64,000 nucleotides of DNA from a virus. Taxonomy: Duplodnaviria > Caudoviricetes. The translations under genes and the position numbers were made by a program. The notes beneath the pieces were generated by a model. It saw nothing but the letters and a program-made list of their open reading frames with translations, made no database searches and was not told where the DNA came from. The DNA is taken from IMG/VR virus record IMGVR_UViG_3300028364_000013; one strand, given 5' to 3'. Shown piece after piece: positions 46,378 through 55,653 of this stretch; the first letter of the stretch is position 1; every line of letters starts with the position of its first letter.

Positions 46378-47196
46378 TTAAAGGTTTGTTTTAACATACT
46401 CTGTCAAAGCCTCAACATACTTTTCAATATCAGCGTGATAGAACCCTACTGAGTTCATGCATCCACACTCAATGATATAATACCTCATATCACCATCTTC
46501 ATGTCTTACACTTGCTATATCAATAGCTATGACCTCATGTGGAGCATACTCACTTAGTCTGTCTTCAACAAACTGAATCATATCTGCTGGAATGTCTTCT
46601 CCAGACTTTGAAAGTCTAAAGTTCTCTCTGTACCTTGAACTGGTTACTACCTTTCCATCTACACAATAATTTCTCCACTCTTTATGTATGTTGTAAGCTG
46701 GGCCAACAAGTATTTTAGAATCTTCATTCAACGGACCTTCGTACTTAATCATGCGCTCAATCATGTCCATGATTTCATATTCATTAGCTGCTGTGCCATC
46801 AAACTCTTTTCCATCACCATCTGGTCTAACAAACAAAGTTATACATGGATTGCTTCTGTCATTATCAAGAAATTCTGAAACCTTCATTATCTCAGCTCCA
46901 GATGAAAGCATGTGTTCACCCCACTTATTAATATAGTTCTCCATAGAGAAAGTATCTGGATTATAAAACAACCCAACTGGATTCAATTGCTCATGAAGAT
47001 TATTCATAAAAGTAGTTGAGCCATAATAAATATTCTCATACTCATCATCAACTGGAAACTCTGGTAATTCATCTGAAAAAGGAACTACTATAACTTCTAC
47101 GTGCTCAATACCCAGTTTATCACAAGCATCTTGAAATTGGTTCCTGTCGTTTTCTGCTATCAGGTTGTCCTGAATAATCCACCTCACTTTCTTCAT
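46378..47196 (-). CDS. ATP-grasp domain protein (DUF4343-like)
   Basis: FVRPDGDGKEFDG, EWRNYCV, IDIA..IIECGCMN. Confidence 0.8.
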   Translation of the reverse strand: MKKVRWIIQDNLIAENDRNQFQDACDKLGIEHVEVIVVPFSDELPEFPVDDEYENIYYGSTTFMNNLHEQLNPVGLFYNPDTFSMENYINKWGEHMLSSGAEIMKVSEFLDNDRSNPCITLFVRPDGDGKEFDGTAANEYEIMDMIERMIKYEGPLNEDSKILVGPAYNIHKEWRNYCVDGKVVTSSRYRENFRLSKSGEDIPADMIQFVEDRLSEYAPHEVIAIDIASVRHEDGDMRYYIIECGCMNSVGFYHADIEKYVEALTEYVKTNL

Positions 47197-47519
47197 TATG
47201 AATCAAAATTTAAAGGCCTACCCGTTTTGTCACACTCTATTATAAACGGACCAAGCATTGCGTTTTTATATTGCTCTTTTTTGCAGTGACTACACTCATA
47301 ACTCCAAACACCATTCTCTAATTCATAAGAATAAGATTCTGAATGAGATAATTCATTTCCGCATGAACACCAGTTTAAAGAATGCTTCCACCCTTCTGCT
47401 TTCTCAAGCTTTGTTCCTTTTACAAAATCAGTATTTATAATCCATTCGCTATTAACGAAGTAATAAAGATTTCCTGTTAGTTTTCTAAACCAACTCAATT
47501 GTCTTAAATATCGTTTCAT
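47196..47519 (-). CDS. Hypothetical zinc-binding protein
   Basis: WCSCG..CSHC. Confidence 0.6.
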   Translation of the reverse strand: MKRYLRQLSWFRKLTGNLYYFVNSEWIINTDFVKGTKLEKAEGWKHSLNWCSCGNELSHSESYSYELENGVWSYECSHCKKEQYKNAMLGPFIIECDKTGRPLNFDS

Positions 47520-47520
47520 A

Positions 47521-48315
47521 TTATTTAACTGTCATATGAGTTTCCCAGAACTTGACAGACTTTTCGAAATTGTCTTCAATTTCCTTCATCTCTGTTTGGT
47601 ACTTCACAACATCACTGTTGTATTTCTTCATTAATTCTGATTCCTCTACAAGATTTGGCTTCACTGGAGGAACTGGAAGTTTCATTCCACTACCACCCAT
47701 TGATAGGTCCATGTAATTTCTCATCATTGTAATTGGCTTCATTGGCTCCTCTCTCGGAGTCATCTGACCAAGTATTGCAACAACACCCCAATCGGCATCA
47801 AAAGGCTCTGACTTCTCAAGACCGATTGCGTCAACTCCACCTCTTGCTAAAGTTTTCTCATAATCAATCAAAGCTTCTTTGTCCATCTGCGCCTTGCTGT
47901 AAAGAACAGTGATTGTGTATTTTGCCACTGGCTTGCCAAATGGAAGCTCAAGCCATCTTGATAACACTGGCCATTCACCTTTTCTTCTTGATGAATATCC
48001 GCTTCTAACAAAAGGGTAGTGTGCTAACTCAAAAGGAATTGCTCCAGCTTTAGCATCAGTTATGTTTGCCATAACAAGAAGTTTACAGAACGGAGCATAT
48101 CCATCAAGAATGTTAACACGAACATGCCCATCTGATTTATCAATCATTCTATCTTCTGGTTTGTCAAAGTATAGATTTTTAAAACCATTAAGATGTTGTT
48201 CAAAATCTACTGGTTCTAAATTTAGAATTTTTGTTCCACCAAAGTCTTGGTCGAAATGTCTTAAGGCGAAATCACTAATCTTGATTGTGCCCAATCTTTC
48301 TGTTTGTTCTTTCAT
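47521..48315 (-). CDS. DUF3228-like protein
   Basis: DGYAPFCKL..SGYSSRRKGEWPVLSRW..EPMKPITMMRN. Confidence 0.75.
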   Translation of the reverse strand: MKEQTERLGTIKISDFALRHFDQDFGGTKILNLEPVDFEQHLNGFKNLYFDKPEDRMIDKSDGHVRVNILDGYAPFCKLLVMANITDAKAGAIPFELAHYPFVRSGYSSRRKGEWPVLSRWLELPFGKPVAKYTITVLYSKAQMDKEALIDYEKTLARGGVDAIGLEKSEPFDADWGVVAILGQMTPREEPMKPITMMRNYMDLSMGGSGMKLPVPPVKPNLVEESELMKKYNSDVVKYQTEMKEIEDNFEKSVKFWETHMTVK

Positions 48316-48503
48316 TATTTTTTAATGTTTAAAGTAGTTGGCTCTATTCCCTTTTCGGTCTTAATAAATAGGACTGCATCATTTGTTGCTTTATTGTCTT
48401 TTACTAAATAAGCAAGAGTCCCACAACACTCTGTAGAACCTATATGATTTACATATCTGTGATTACACACAAAACACTCAACTGTTATATCATTGTTTTC
48501 CAT
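48315..48503 (-). CDS. Hypothetical protein
   Basis: 62-aa ORF. Confidence 0.5.
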   Translation of the reverse strand: MENNDITVECFVCNHRYVNHIGSTECCGTLAYLVKDNKATNDAVLFIKTEKGIEPTTLNIKK

Positions 48504-48598
48504 TGCACGAATTTACGAAATAAAAAAAGGGGAACCAAATTAATGATTCCCCTTTTATACGTCATAAAACTTAAATTGTTCCATTTTGGAGCAACTAC

Positions 48599-48964
48599 TT
48601 AGTGAATAAAGTAAACTGAGCCTTTTTCTTCATCACACGTTAAATATTGAGGGCTTCTAAATAAATTTGGACCGCAGTGGTGTGTGTTTGCTGAAATATA
48701 TAGCTCCACTATCTCATTATGAGAGTTTCGCACTTTGCATACCCATCCGTCCTGTATTCTTTTAGCATCCTCCAATGCTTTTAATTGATAATTATATCCT
48801 TTTTCACATTCATAAAGGGTCTCGCCCTTCTTGATGTTACTAATTTCTAAGTAGTAATCTACCCAGTTTTCGCCTAAATCGCATTCGCTCGGCTTGATAA
48901 AATTTGTGTTTTTCATAACTTTAAATGTTAATTTTTCAAAGAACTCGTATAACTTTTTATACAT
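48599..48964 (-). CDS. Hypothetical protein
   Basis: 121-aa ORF. Confidence 0.6.
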   Translation of the reverse strand: MYKKLYEFFEKLTFKVMKNTNFIKPSECDLGENWVDYYLEISNIKKGETLYECEKGYNYQLKALEDAKRIQDGWVCKVRNSHNEIVELYISANTHHCGPNLFRSPQYLTCDEEKGSVYFIH

Positions 48965-49077
48965 CTATAAATAGTTACATAAACGAAAAACGGGGTAAAA
49001 AACACTAAATGTTAATAAAAAAATGGCACTAATTTTAGTGCCATTTTGTCAGTATTAGTATGTTAGTTTTCAGCCTT

Positions 49078-49395
49078 TTAAACAGTAGTAATGCTGGCTT
49101 GGTTTTTGCTATTAAGCATCTCATTATATAAAATTGTCTGATTTGTCATTACGAATTTAATGTTTTCGTAAATCGGCTCTTGAGAGACATGTGTTCTACG
49201 AGCCTCTTTAAGCGTTGGTACAATTTCCTCCATAGTTTCTTTAAGGTATTCTGATTGCTTTTCTGGCTTGAAGCCTCCAACCATTGTCAATAGATTATGA
49301 ACTCTATCAAAACCTTTTGCAAGAGAGGCGATTGGACAAGTAGCTAAGTTTGCAAAATAAGTAACTGCTGGAATCTTAACCCCATTTATTACCAT
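49078..49395 (-). pseudogene. C-terminal fragment of a RelA/SpoT-type HD hydrolase-like protein
   Basis: KGFDRVHNLLTM..EKQ..YL.ET; the HD-bearing N-terminus is missing. Confidence 0.5.
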
Positions 49396-49630
49396 TTAAC
49401 CCAGTTTTCTCAGTATAAATTTCATTCCATTCTTCTAAGTTTAAAATATTATACCCACTTGTTAGTAAAGTAACTTTGTAACAATTATCTCCAAAATGTT
49501 TTGCATAATCTAAATTAATCGAAAAATAATCAATGGGCTTCTTGGTTTTATCATAAATACCATCAACACAAGTATATACAATAGTTTTACCAAAACCCCT
49601 CACCTTTTCTATCATTTCCCTTATTTCCAT
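49376..49630 (-). CDS. Hypothetical protein or fragment
   Basis: 84-aa ORF. Confidence 0.45.
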   Translation of the reverse strand: MEIREMIEKVRGFGKTIVYTCVDGIYDKTKKPIDYFSINLDYAKHFGDNCYKVTLLTSGYNILNLEEWNEIYTEKTGLNGNKWG

Positions 49631-49685
49631 ATTCTTTTTATATATAAATATTCTAAAATTAGACCTCCACTAAACAAACCGTACT

Positions 49686-49784
49686 TGTGCTAACAGCGTA
49701 TATAAGAAATGACACATAAACATTCGTACTAAATTTAAACTTTCTGCAAGTGCCACTTCTCATATACGCAAAACGTTACCCACC
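49686..49784 (-). repeat. attC-like imperfect palindrome
   Basis: GGTGGGTAAC-GTTTTGCGTATATGAGAAGTG...CATTTCTTATATACGCT-GTTAGCA. Confidence 0.6.
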
Positions 49785-49785
49785 A

Positions 49786-50004
49786 TTAAGGTAGTTCGGT
49801 AACAACATAGTTTATAGCCATATTTATTTCAGTTTCAATCTGAAATTTAAAGCCCTTAAATTCATACACTTTTTTATCCTTTACTTTTTCAAGGCTATAT
49901 TTTTGCAATAGTTCATATATTTCAGAAAGTGAAATACTGCTTACATTTGCTTTTATATTTAAATTTATTGTCATCATATCTTTCAATTTAACGGTGGGTA
50001 ACAC
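49786..50004 (-). CDS. Cassette-like hypothetical ORF
   Basis: Bounded by GTTACCCACC and its inverse GGTGGGTAAC. Confidence 0.5.
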   Translation of the reverse strand: MLPTVKLKDMMTINLNIKANVSSISLSEIYELLQKYSLEKVKDKKVYEFKGFKFQIETEINMAINYVVTELP

Positions 50005-50058
50005 TACCTAAAAACAAGTTCGTGCCTCACCAATTTTTAGCCTAAACGTTATGTGCCA
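49993..50058 (-). repeat. attC-like imperfect palindrome
   Basis: GCACATAAC-GTTTAGGCTAAAAA...TTTTTAGGTAGT-GTTACCC. Confidence 0.55.
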
Positions 50059-50060
50059 TA

Positions 50061-50360
50061 CTAAAACAACCATATAGCATCACAAAACCCATACTTTATA
50101 CGAGCCTCTTTCCAAAATTCTGCTTCTGCAAATTCAATACATTGGGTTTTAACTTCAAATTTTTCTAACCAACGTACTTTATCAGTAATTTCACCTCTTG
50201 CAATTCCATCACGCTTGTCGATGTAAACAAATGGTTCTACAATAAATTTACGTTTACATAAAAAAGTACGGCACATAACATTGTATAAACCCAATGCCTT
50301 TAGTGCTTTTTTGATATGATATTTCATAATTTTAATTTTAGTGTTGTTAATTAAGTTCAT
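50061..50360 (-). CDS. Hypothetical protein
   Basis: 99-aa ORF between attC-like sites. Confidence 0.5.
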   Translation of the reverse strand: MNLINNTKIKIMKYHIKKALKALGLYNVMCRTFLCKRKFIVEPFVYIDKRDGIARGEITDKVRWLEKFEVKTQCIEFAEAEFWKEARIKYGFCDAIWLF

Positions 50361-50563
50361 TGATAGGCACTGTGTTTATACCTACCGTTACCTGCAAGTT
50401 TTAAAAAGAAAAAAGCCCTTCCCATCAACCGACATGCTATACAAACACCCAGCAATGCTATGACTTTCAATAAACTCAATCTTGTGACCAGCAATTTCAT
50501 AAACTTTAATTTCATCAAGTTCAAACTCATCTTTCTTTCCAAAAAGTCTTTTCCAAAAACCCA

Positions 50564-51367
50564 CTATTTTCTGTTCATAAATTCATATCCATACCACTTA
50601 TACTTGCTGTAATCAACAAGTTCTGCAGGCTTCCAGGTTTTTGTCCAGTGCTCATCAGTTTTAACGTGACCCTGGCGAACCAGTTTGAACAAATTGTTGA
50701 ATTCGTTATGATGCACGTCAAGAACTCCAGCGTTTCTACTATCGTATCCTTCAATGTTTCTAATCACAAATCCTTCAGATGAGTCAGCTCCAGTATCAAG
50801 GTCGTATCCACCAAGCAACCCTGGAGTATCAACACTTTCAACCCAAGTCATTCCCAGATTCTCTTTTAACCAATTGTCAAGCAAAACATCTTCATCAACA
50901 TCATCACGATAAAAATCTTTCAATGTTGTTTTAATAGGAATCACTGGAACCGTTGGAAAATCAAACATGGCAGCGTAGAACTGGACTTCCTCCCAAGATA
51001 ACCACTTGCCATTTTCTCTGGCAGCGAATACATAATAATAAGATTCAAGATTCTTGTAAGCAACAGAGTGAATTCCATACATGTTCTCGCCAAACAATTC
51101 AAGCTTACCAAGGTCATTTTTAATCAACTCCCAGCGTTCACGCATTGGCTTATCCCAAGGATGTGCTGTTGGAGTAACATGACTTCTGGCAAATACTCCT
51201 TCTTTTTTGAAGTGGTTATTTTGTCCATCAAGCTTTTCTGTCATTACAAGCTCTGGCATTTCAGCAAAAGCCTTGACGTAACCCTTAGGCATGAAGCGGT
51301 CATCAGATGTCGTTCCGAGCGAAATCTTTGCATGAAGGCATCTTCCATATTTATCCTAGCTACTCAT
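50564..51367 (-). CDS. ATP-dependent RNA ligase (Rnl2/DRB0094-like); in-frame TAG at codon 4 of the coupled start
   Basis: KYGRCLH..SLGTTSDD, KLDGQN (motif I), LFGEN, EGFVIR, FKLVR. Confidence 0.8.
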
Positions 51368-51555
51368 TATTTTAACTTTTTCTTAATCCTACAAAGTTCG
51401 AGATATACCTCTTCAACCTCTTCTATAAATTCATCACTATAATCTCCGCTTCCCCATGTTTCTGGGTCCAGAAATTCTCTTAAATCCTTAACAGCATCAC
51501 GAACATTAGCTCTGACACTTTCTATTTTCTCATCTGCTGTTGTAGTTGCACTCAT
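51367..51555 (-). CDS. Hypothetical protein
   Basis: Coupled to neighbours. Confidence 0.6.
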   Translation of the reverse strand: MSATTTADEKIESVRANVRDAVKDLREFLDPETWGSGDYSDEFIEEVEEVYLELCRIKKKLK

Positions 51556-52031
51556 CTTCTTATTCCTTTTTTGTATAATTTATAACTATTCTCTACATAT
51601 AGATAATCGTAGTTGTCAAGGCACCTATAAAGATTCGTTCTCAGAATATTTATATCATACTTGAAGTGTTCTTCGATTCCTCTGGTTATGTCATCAATTA
51701 TAACAAAATAATCAACATCATTATCGTCAATCCAGTGCTGAATTTCATCAGCTCTTCCATTGTCAAGTTCTGGTGTTAACCCGATTACTTCAGCTTCAAT
51801 TCCTCTTTTTTTGAATAGGTCTTGAAATACTTCTAAGCTTCTCGTTTTTCTCCAGGTTGATGAAACTACAATCTTACCATCAATGTGATTGGTTATTTTA
51901 TTTAATGCATCAATTGCTGCAGGTTCAAAAAGGTGACCATCAACATCTCTATTTTCTGTTGAGTTTCCCATCTTTAACCAAGAAGCCAACACTCCGTCTA
52001 TATCTAAAAATACTATATTCATTATACGCAA
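51552..52031 (-). CDS. HAD-superfamily phosphatase (RNA-repair type)
   Basis: FLDIDGVL, VVSSTWR, R..EI..W, FVIIDD. Confidence 0.85.
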   Translation of the reverse strand: MRIMNIVFLDIDGVLASWLKMGNSTENRDVDGHLFEPAAIDALNKITNHIDGKIVVSSTWRKTRSLEVFQDLFKKRGIEAEVIGLTPELDNGRADEIQHWIDDNDVDYFVIIDDITRGIEEHFKYDINILRTNLYRCLDNYDYLYVENSYKLYKKGIRR

Positions 52032-52063
52032 ATATAATTAAAATGTTCTTTTCGTGAAAGGGT

Positions 52064-52996
52064 TTATTGATTTTTATTATCCAACCTGGATGCTGGCCTT
52101 TTAATATCCCAATGCTTTGGCATATATTTAGGCTTCATTGTGTCAATGAAATGTTTTCTCCACATTTCTACAAATGCCTGAATTGAATCTGGGCCTTCAA
52201 GTATTAATTTCTCAACAACAATCTCTCCATGAGATTTCATCTTCTTAGCTTCATCGTAACTAATTTCAATTAAGTTATCAATTACTTTTTGAGTTACATT
52301 TTTCCTTCCAGTGTAGATTCTAATCTTTTCTTTATGGTCATCTAATTTATCTTTAGGGATTTGGTCTCCATGATTTTTAATTGCATGCGCAGATTTTATA
52401 GCATAAAATAATTCATGATTTATAGTTGAGCTACCTTCAAGAGGAGCATTGTATTTCTTTGCTAATTTTATCTTTAGCTTATCAGCAACTCTCTCGTACT
52501 CATAATGCTCATTACTTCTTATCGGAACTATGTCATGAGAATTAGCGCTCTTATATTCTTCTGGAAAATACTTTCTGTAGCAATATGGAGAAATGTGATG
52601 TGTTGTCAATGACTCAAGAATTTTACTTCCAGTTACAACACACCTATTTTTCTTTTTAGATAAAGAATACTTATCTCCCTTATTCCCTTCATCTTTAGGT
52701 TCAAAGTTAAATTGTATCTTTCTACTTTTCATTTTAACTGAAAAAATAGTAAACAAGAAATTTAAAATAGGATTTATATGCTTTATCTCGAAAGCTAAAG
52801 GTTTCTTGGTTTTTTCATCAACACGACTAAGGTACCAGTCAATTTTTTTATCAACACAGAGAAACATTAAATTACCATCTGGAGAATAAACTCTACAATT
52901 TACATAGATTTCATTCTTTCTCGAATTACCATTATACTTAAGAAAGTTTTGAGCTTTAGAGTCGTAGGATGTTGTTTTGGATTTTCTCATATGCAA
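52064..52996 (-). CDS. HNH-like protein resembling the C-terminal domain of EXD2
   Basis: NCRVYSPDG.LMF.C..KK.DWYL, NRCVV.G, ISPYCYRKYFP..YKSANSHDIV. Confidence 0.65.
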   Translation of the reverse strand: MHMRKSKTTSYDSKAQNFLKYNGNSRKNEIYVNCRVYSPDGNLMFLCVDKKIDWYLSRVDEKTKKPLAFEIKHINPILNFLFTIFSVKMKSRKIQFNFEPKDEGNKGDKYSLSKKKNRCVVTGSKILESLTTHHISPYCYRKYFPEEYKSANSHDIVPIRSNEHYEYERVADKLKIKLAKKYNAPLEGSSTINHELFYAIKSAHAIKNHGDQIPKDKLDDHKEKIRIYTGRKNVTQKVIDNLIEISYDEAKKMKSHGEIVVEKLILEGPDSIQAFVEMWRKHFIDTMKPKYMPKHWDIKRPASRLDNKNQ

Positions 52997-53043
52997 TTAT
53001 ACGACAAAAAAAACAATTATGTTCTAAAGTGTTGATAAAAAGT

Positions 53044-53661
53044 TTAAAAATCTTTTTCTTGTGGGAACTCGTGAGGGCCATCGCTAACGCTAATATTCAA
53101 GGAGTGTCCTCCAGTTTTTTCTTTAGGAAACTCTCTTGGTTGACCTGGTTTCAAACCATTGCCTCCAATTGACATATCAATTTCTTCAATATCATCTCTG
53201 TTAATACCACCTTCGTTTGCTGCGAGATAATCAGCAGTTCCTTGAAAGGTTTTAATTCCATATCTATTGTCAATTCCATGCTCTTTTATGAACCAACCTT
53301 TTGGAACTCTCATGGATGCTTCTGCAGCAAATCCTGGTATTGGATACCAATCTCCTTGAGTTTTGGAGCCCGTACCTTTCATAGAACTGTAAAACAATAC
53401 AACCGTGCCGTCTGGGTATCCTACTTCAGCAAGAGCTCTTCCACTTCTTTCTCCAGTAGATAAAACTTGCAAACCTGCAATATTGTCTGAATAGTTATTA
53501 TCAAGCTTTGCGCCTGTTGATTTTAACTCAGCCAACTTATCATATATCTTTATAGGTGGAAAGTCGTAATTCTTGTCGTTAGTCGTGTGTCCTTCATTCA
53601 TGACTACGAATATAGAACTTTTTTTTAACTCTTCTCTTATTATTTTTCTAATATCCATCAT
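53044..53661 (-). CDS. Hypothetical protein (MDIRKIIREE N-terminus)
   Basis: ORF. Confidence 0.7.
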   Translation of the reverse strand: MMDIRKIIREELKKSSIFVVMNEGHTTNDKNYDFPPIKIYDKLAELKSTGAKLDNNYSDNIAGLQVLSTGERSGRALAEVGYPDGTVVLFYSSMKGTGSKTQGDWYPIPGFAAEASMRVPKGWFIKEHGIDNRYGIKTFQGTADYLAANEGGINRDDIEEIDMSIGGNGLKPGQPREFPKEKTGGHSLNISVSDGPHEFPQEKDF

Positions 53662-54662
53662 AACAACCAATCTGCATTAGGATTATAACTTATTAAGTCT
53701 CCGTTGAAGTACTTCTTAAGCATCTCTTCGTGATTAACCTTAGGAATATCTGGCATTGCCATTTGTTGACCTTGCATTCTAATGTATTCTTCTCTTAATT
53801 TTTGGTAACTTGCGCTTCCTGGACCAATCCAAGACTTAGCTTCTTTGCACCAAAAAAGTTTATCATCAGCTATTCCAAAATGCTCAACCATGGTTCTATG
53901 ACACTTGCTTTTAGTTTCAGAAAGGTCAACATGCTCCGCTATTCTAAAGTTTGTATTAAACAAAGTATTAAAACTCTTAAGTAAATCATTCACTCTTCTA
54001 TAGGTGTGATTTTCCATATTAAAGCTCTCGCCTTCAAGAAGGACTGACTCTTGGTCTATTTGAATTTGGTTTCTATGATTTAACTTTATATCCTTTGGTT
54101 TCACTTCACAAAACAAATACATCATAAGAGATGTGTGAACTGATTCATAAAACTGCTCCTTACCAGAAGGTTTTCCACTCCTATCAAGAAGTCTGTTTTT
54201 TTTGATTGCGTAACCCATTGTCTTCTTTTCAAGTTGGGTCATATTGTCTTGCATTGGATATGTGGTCCTACTCGCTCTCACTGGAAGTCTGTCAATATTA
54301 TCAACTCCTATGTCATGAAGGGTTGCTGCTTTTCCGCCAACTCTAAATGAAGAATCTTCAGCTTGAGAGCTCTCAATCACGCTTTCACTCTTCGGGTCGT
54401 ATGAATTGTAGGTATTTATAATTGACTTAACATTCATTTCTGGAATGCCGAGAAACTTTGATGCACCTTTGATGTTTGACTCAGTAATAGACTTTGGGTC
54501 AACCTCACAAAGTTCTTGTAGGTAATATTTTTGATTTGTGTTAAAATCCCACTTTAAGTGGTTGAAAGTTGTAGGTACAGGAACTGAAGCATAACCCTTA
54601 TAATAAGATTCGCTCAACACGGTCTTTTGAACCTCTTCCCTTATTAGCTTTCTTATATCCAT
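53658..54662 (-). CDS. Hypothetical protein (MDIRKLIREE N-terminus)
   Basis: 334-aa ORF. Confidence 0.75.
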   Translation of the reverse strand: MDIRKLIREEVQKTVLSESYYKGYASVPVPTTFNHLKWDFNTNQKYYLQELCEVDPKSITESNIKGASKFLGIPEMNVKSIINTYNSYDPKSESVIESSQAEDSSFRVGGKAATLHDIGVDNIDRLPVRASRTTYPMQDNMTQLEKKTMGYAIKKNRLLDRSGKPSGKEQFYESVHTSLMMYLFCEVKPKDIKLNHRNQIQIDQESVLLEGESFNMENHTYRRVNDLLKSFNTLFNTNFRIAEHVDLSETKSKCHRTMVEHFGIADDKLFWCKEAKSWIGPGSASYQKLREEYIRMQGQQMAMPDIPKVNHEEMLKKYFNGDLISYNPNADWLL

Positions 54663-54664
54663 TA

Positions 54665-55276
54665 TTATTCACCAACACTTATTGTAAATAAGGTTCCAGT
54701 TGGAGTATCCATTGTTGGAGTATCTACAATCTTTTCAGCAACCTCATTGATTCCTCCAAGAATATCTAAAAGAGACTGCTTAGCTCTTATGTCGCTTACA
54801 TACTTTGCAGTACCCATTAAGTCCTGCTTAATTTCGTCATCAATTTCAGCAGCTTCGTAATCACCACTTTCAAAATCATCAAGACCTTTTCCTACTCTTA
54901 TGTATTTTAGATTGTCGTTAATGTAGTTTTCTATAACATCACCATCAAGTTCCCAATCGCCTAAATCAACATCAGGCATTCCGTCTTCATCATATCCATT
55001 AAAAGCCTCCTCTCTATCTGCATATTCTGCATAATCATCATTATCTTCTAACTCAGTGTTGTAGACATAAAGTCTTCCTTTTTTATCTTTTACAATTGCA
55101 AAACCAGCATTACCTGCATACCAGATTACTTCAAAGCTTATTTCGCTTGCAGTATTTCCCTTTCTTGTGTTGTCAGTTTGGTTCCATGGTGCAGATGAAT
55201 CGTACTGAGCTCCTGCTGGATAGTTCTCATTTAGAGCTTTCCTAATTTCTTGTTGTATAATTTTCTTAATATCCAT
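54665..55276 (-). CDS. Acidic hypothetical protein
   Basis: 203-aa ORF. Confidence 0.75.
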   Translation of the reverse strand: MDIKKIIQQEIRKALNENYPAGAQYDSSAPWNQTDNTRKGNTASEISFEVIWYAGNAGFAIVKDKKGRLYVYNTELEDNDDYAEYADREEAFNGYDEDGMPDVDLGDWELDGDVIENYINDNLKYIRVGKGLDDFESGDYEAAEIDDEIKQDLMGTAKYVSDIRAKQSLLDILGGINEVAEKIVDTPTMDTPTGTLFTISVGE

Positions 55277-55278
55277 GT

Positions 55279-55620
55279 TTAATCAATGTTAACTTCCCCA
55301 AGTCTTTTAGCCACTTCTGACTTAACTTCTGGAGATGATGTTTTAAAATAACTTTGTACTGCTTCGTTTATGTGCTTCAATGCCTCGCTTAGATGTTTGT
55401 CAACTTCTGGGTTTGTTCCAGACAAACCTAATTGCTCTTTAACTTTTTTCGATGAACCCTGAATATCTTGCATGAATGATAGACCAGCTGAAACTTGGGC
55501 CTCAAAAGCCTCATAGTCCTGACGGTCATGATACTGCCTTTCTTCTGCAGCATAGTCATAATCCTCACTAATAAATTTAGCTATTTCTTCTGATACTATT
55601 TTTCTAAGATTTTTTTCCAT
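55279..55620 (-). CDS. Hypothetical protein
   Basis: ORF with upstream TATTTATA. Confidence 0.7.
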   Translation of the reverse strand: MEKNLRKIVSEEIAKFISEDYDYAAEERQYHDRQDYEAFEAQVSAGLSFMQDIQGSSKKVKEQLGLSGTNPEVDKHLSEALKHINEAVQSYFKTSSPEVKSEVAKRLGEVNID

Positions 55621-55653
55621 AATCAAGCTTTAATATAAATAGGATAAAAAATC

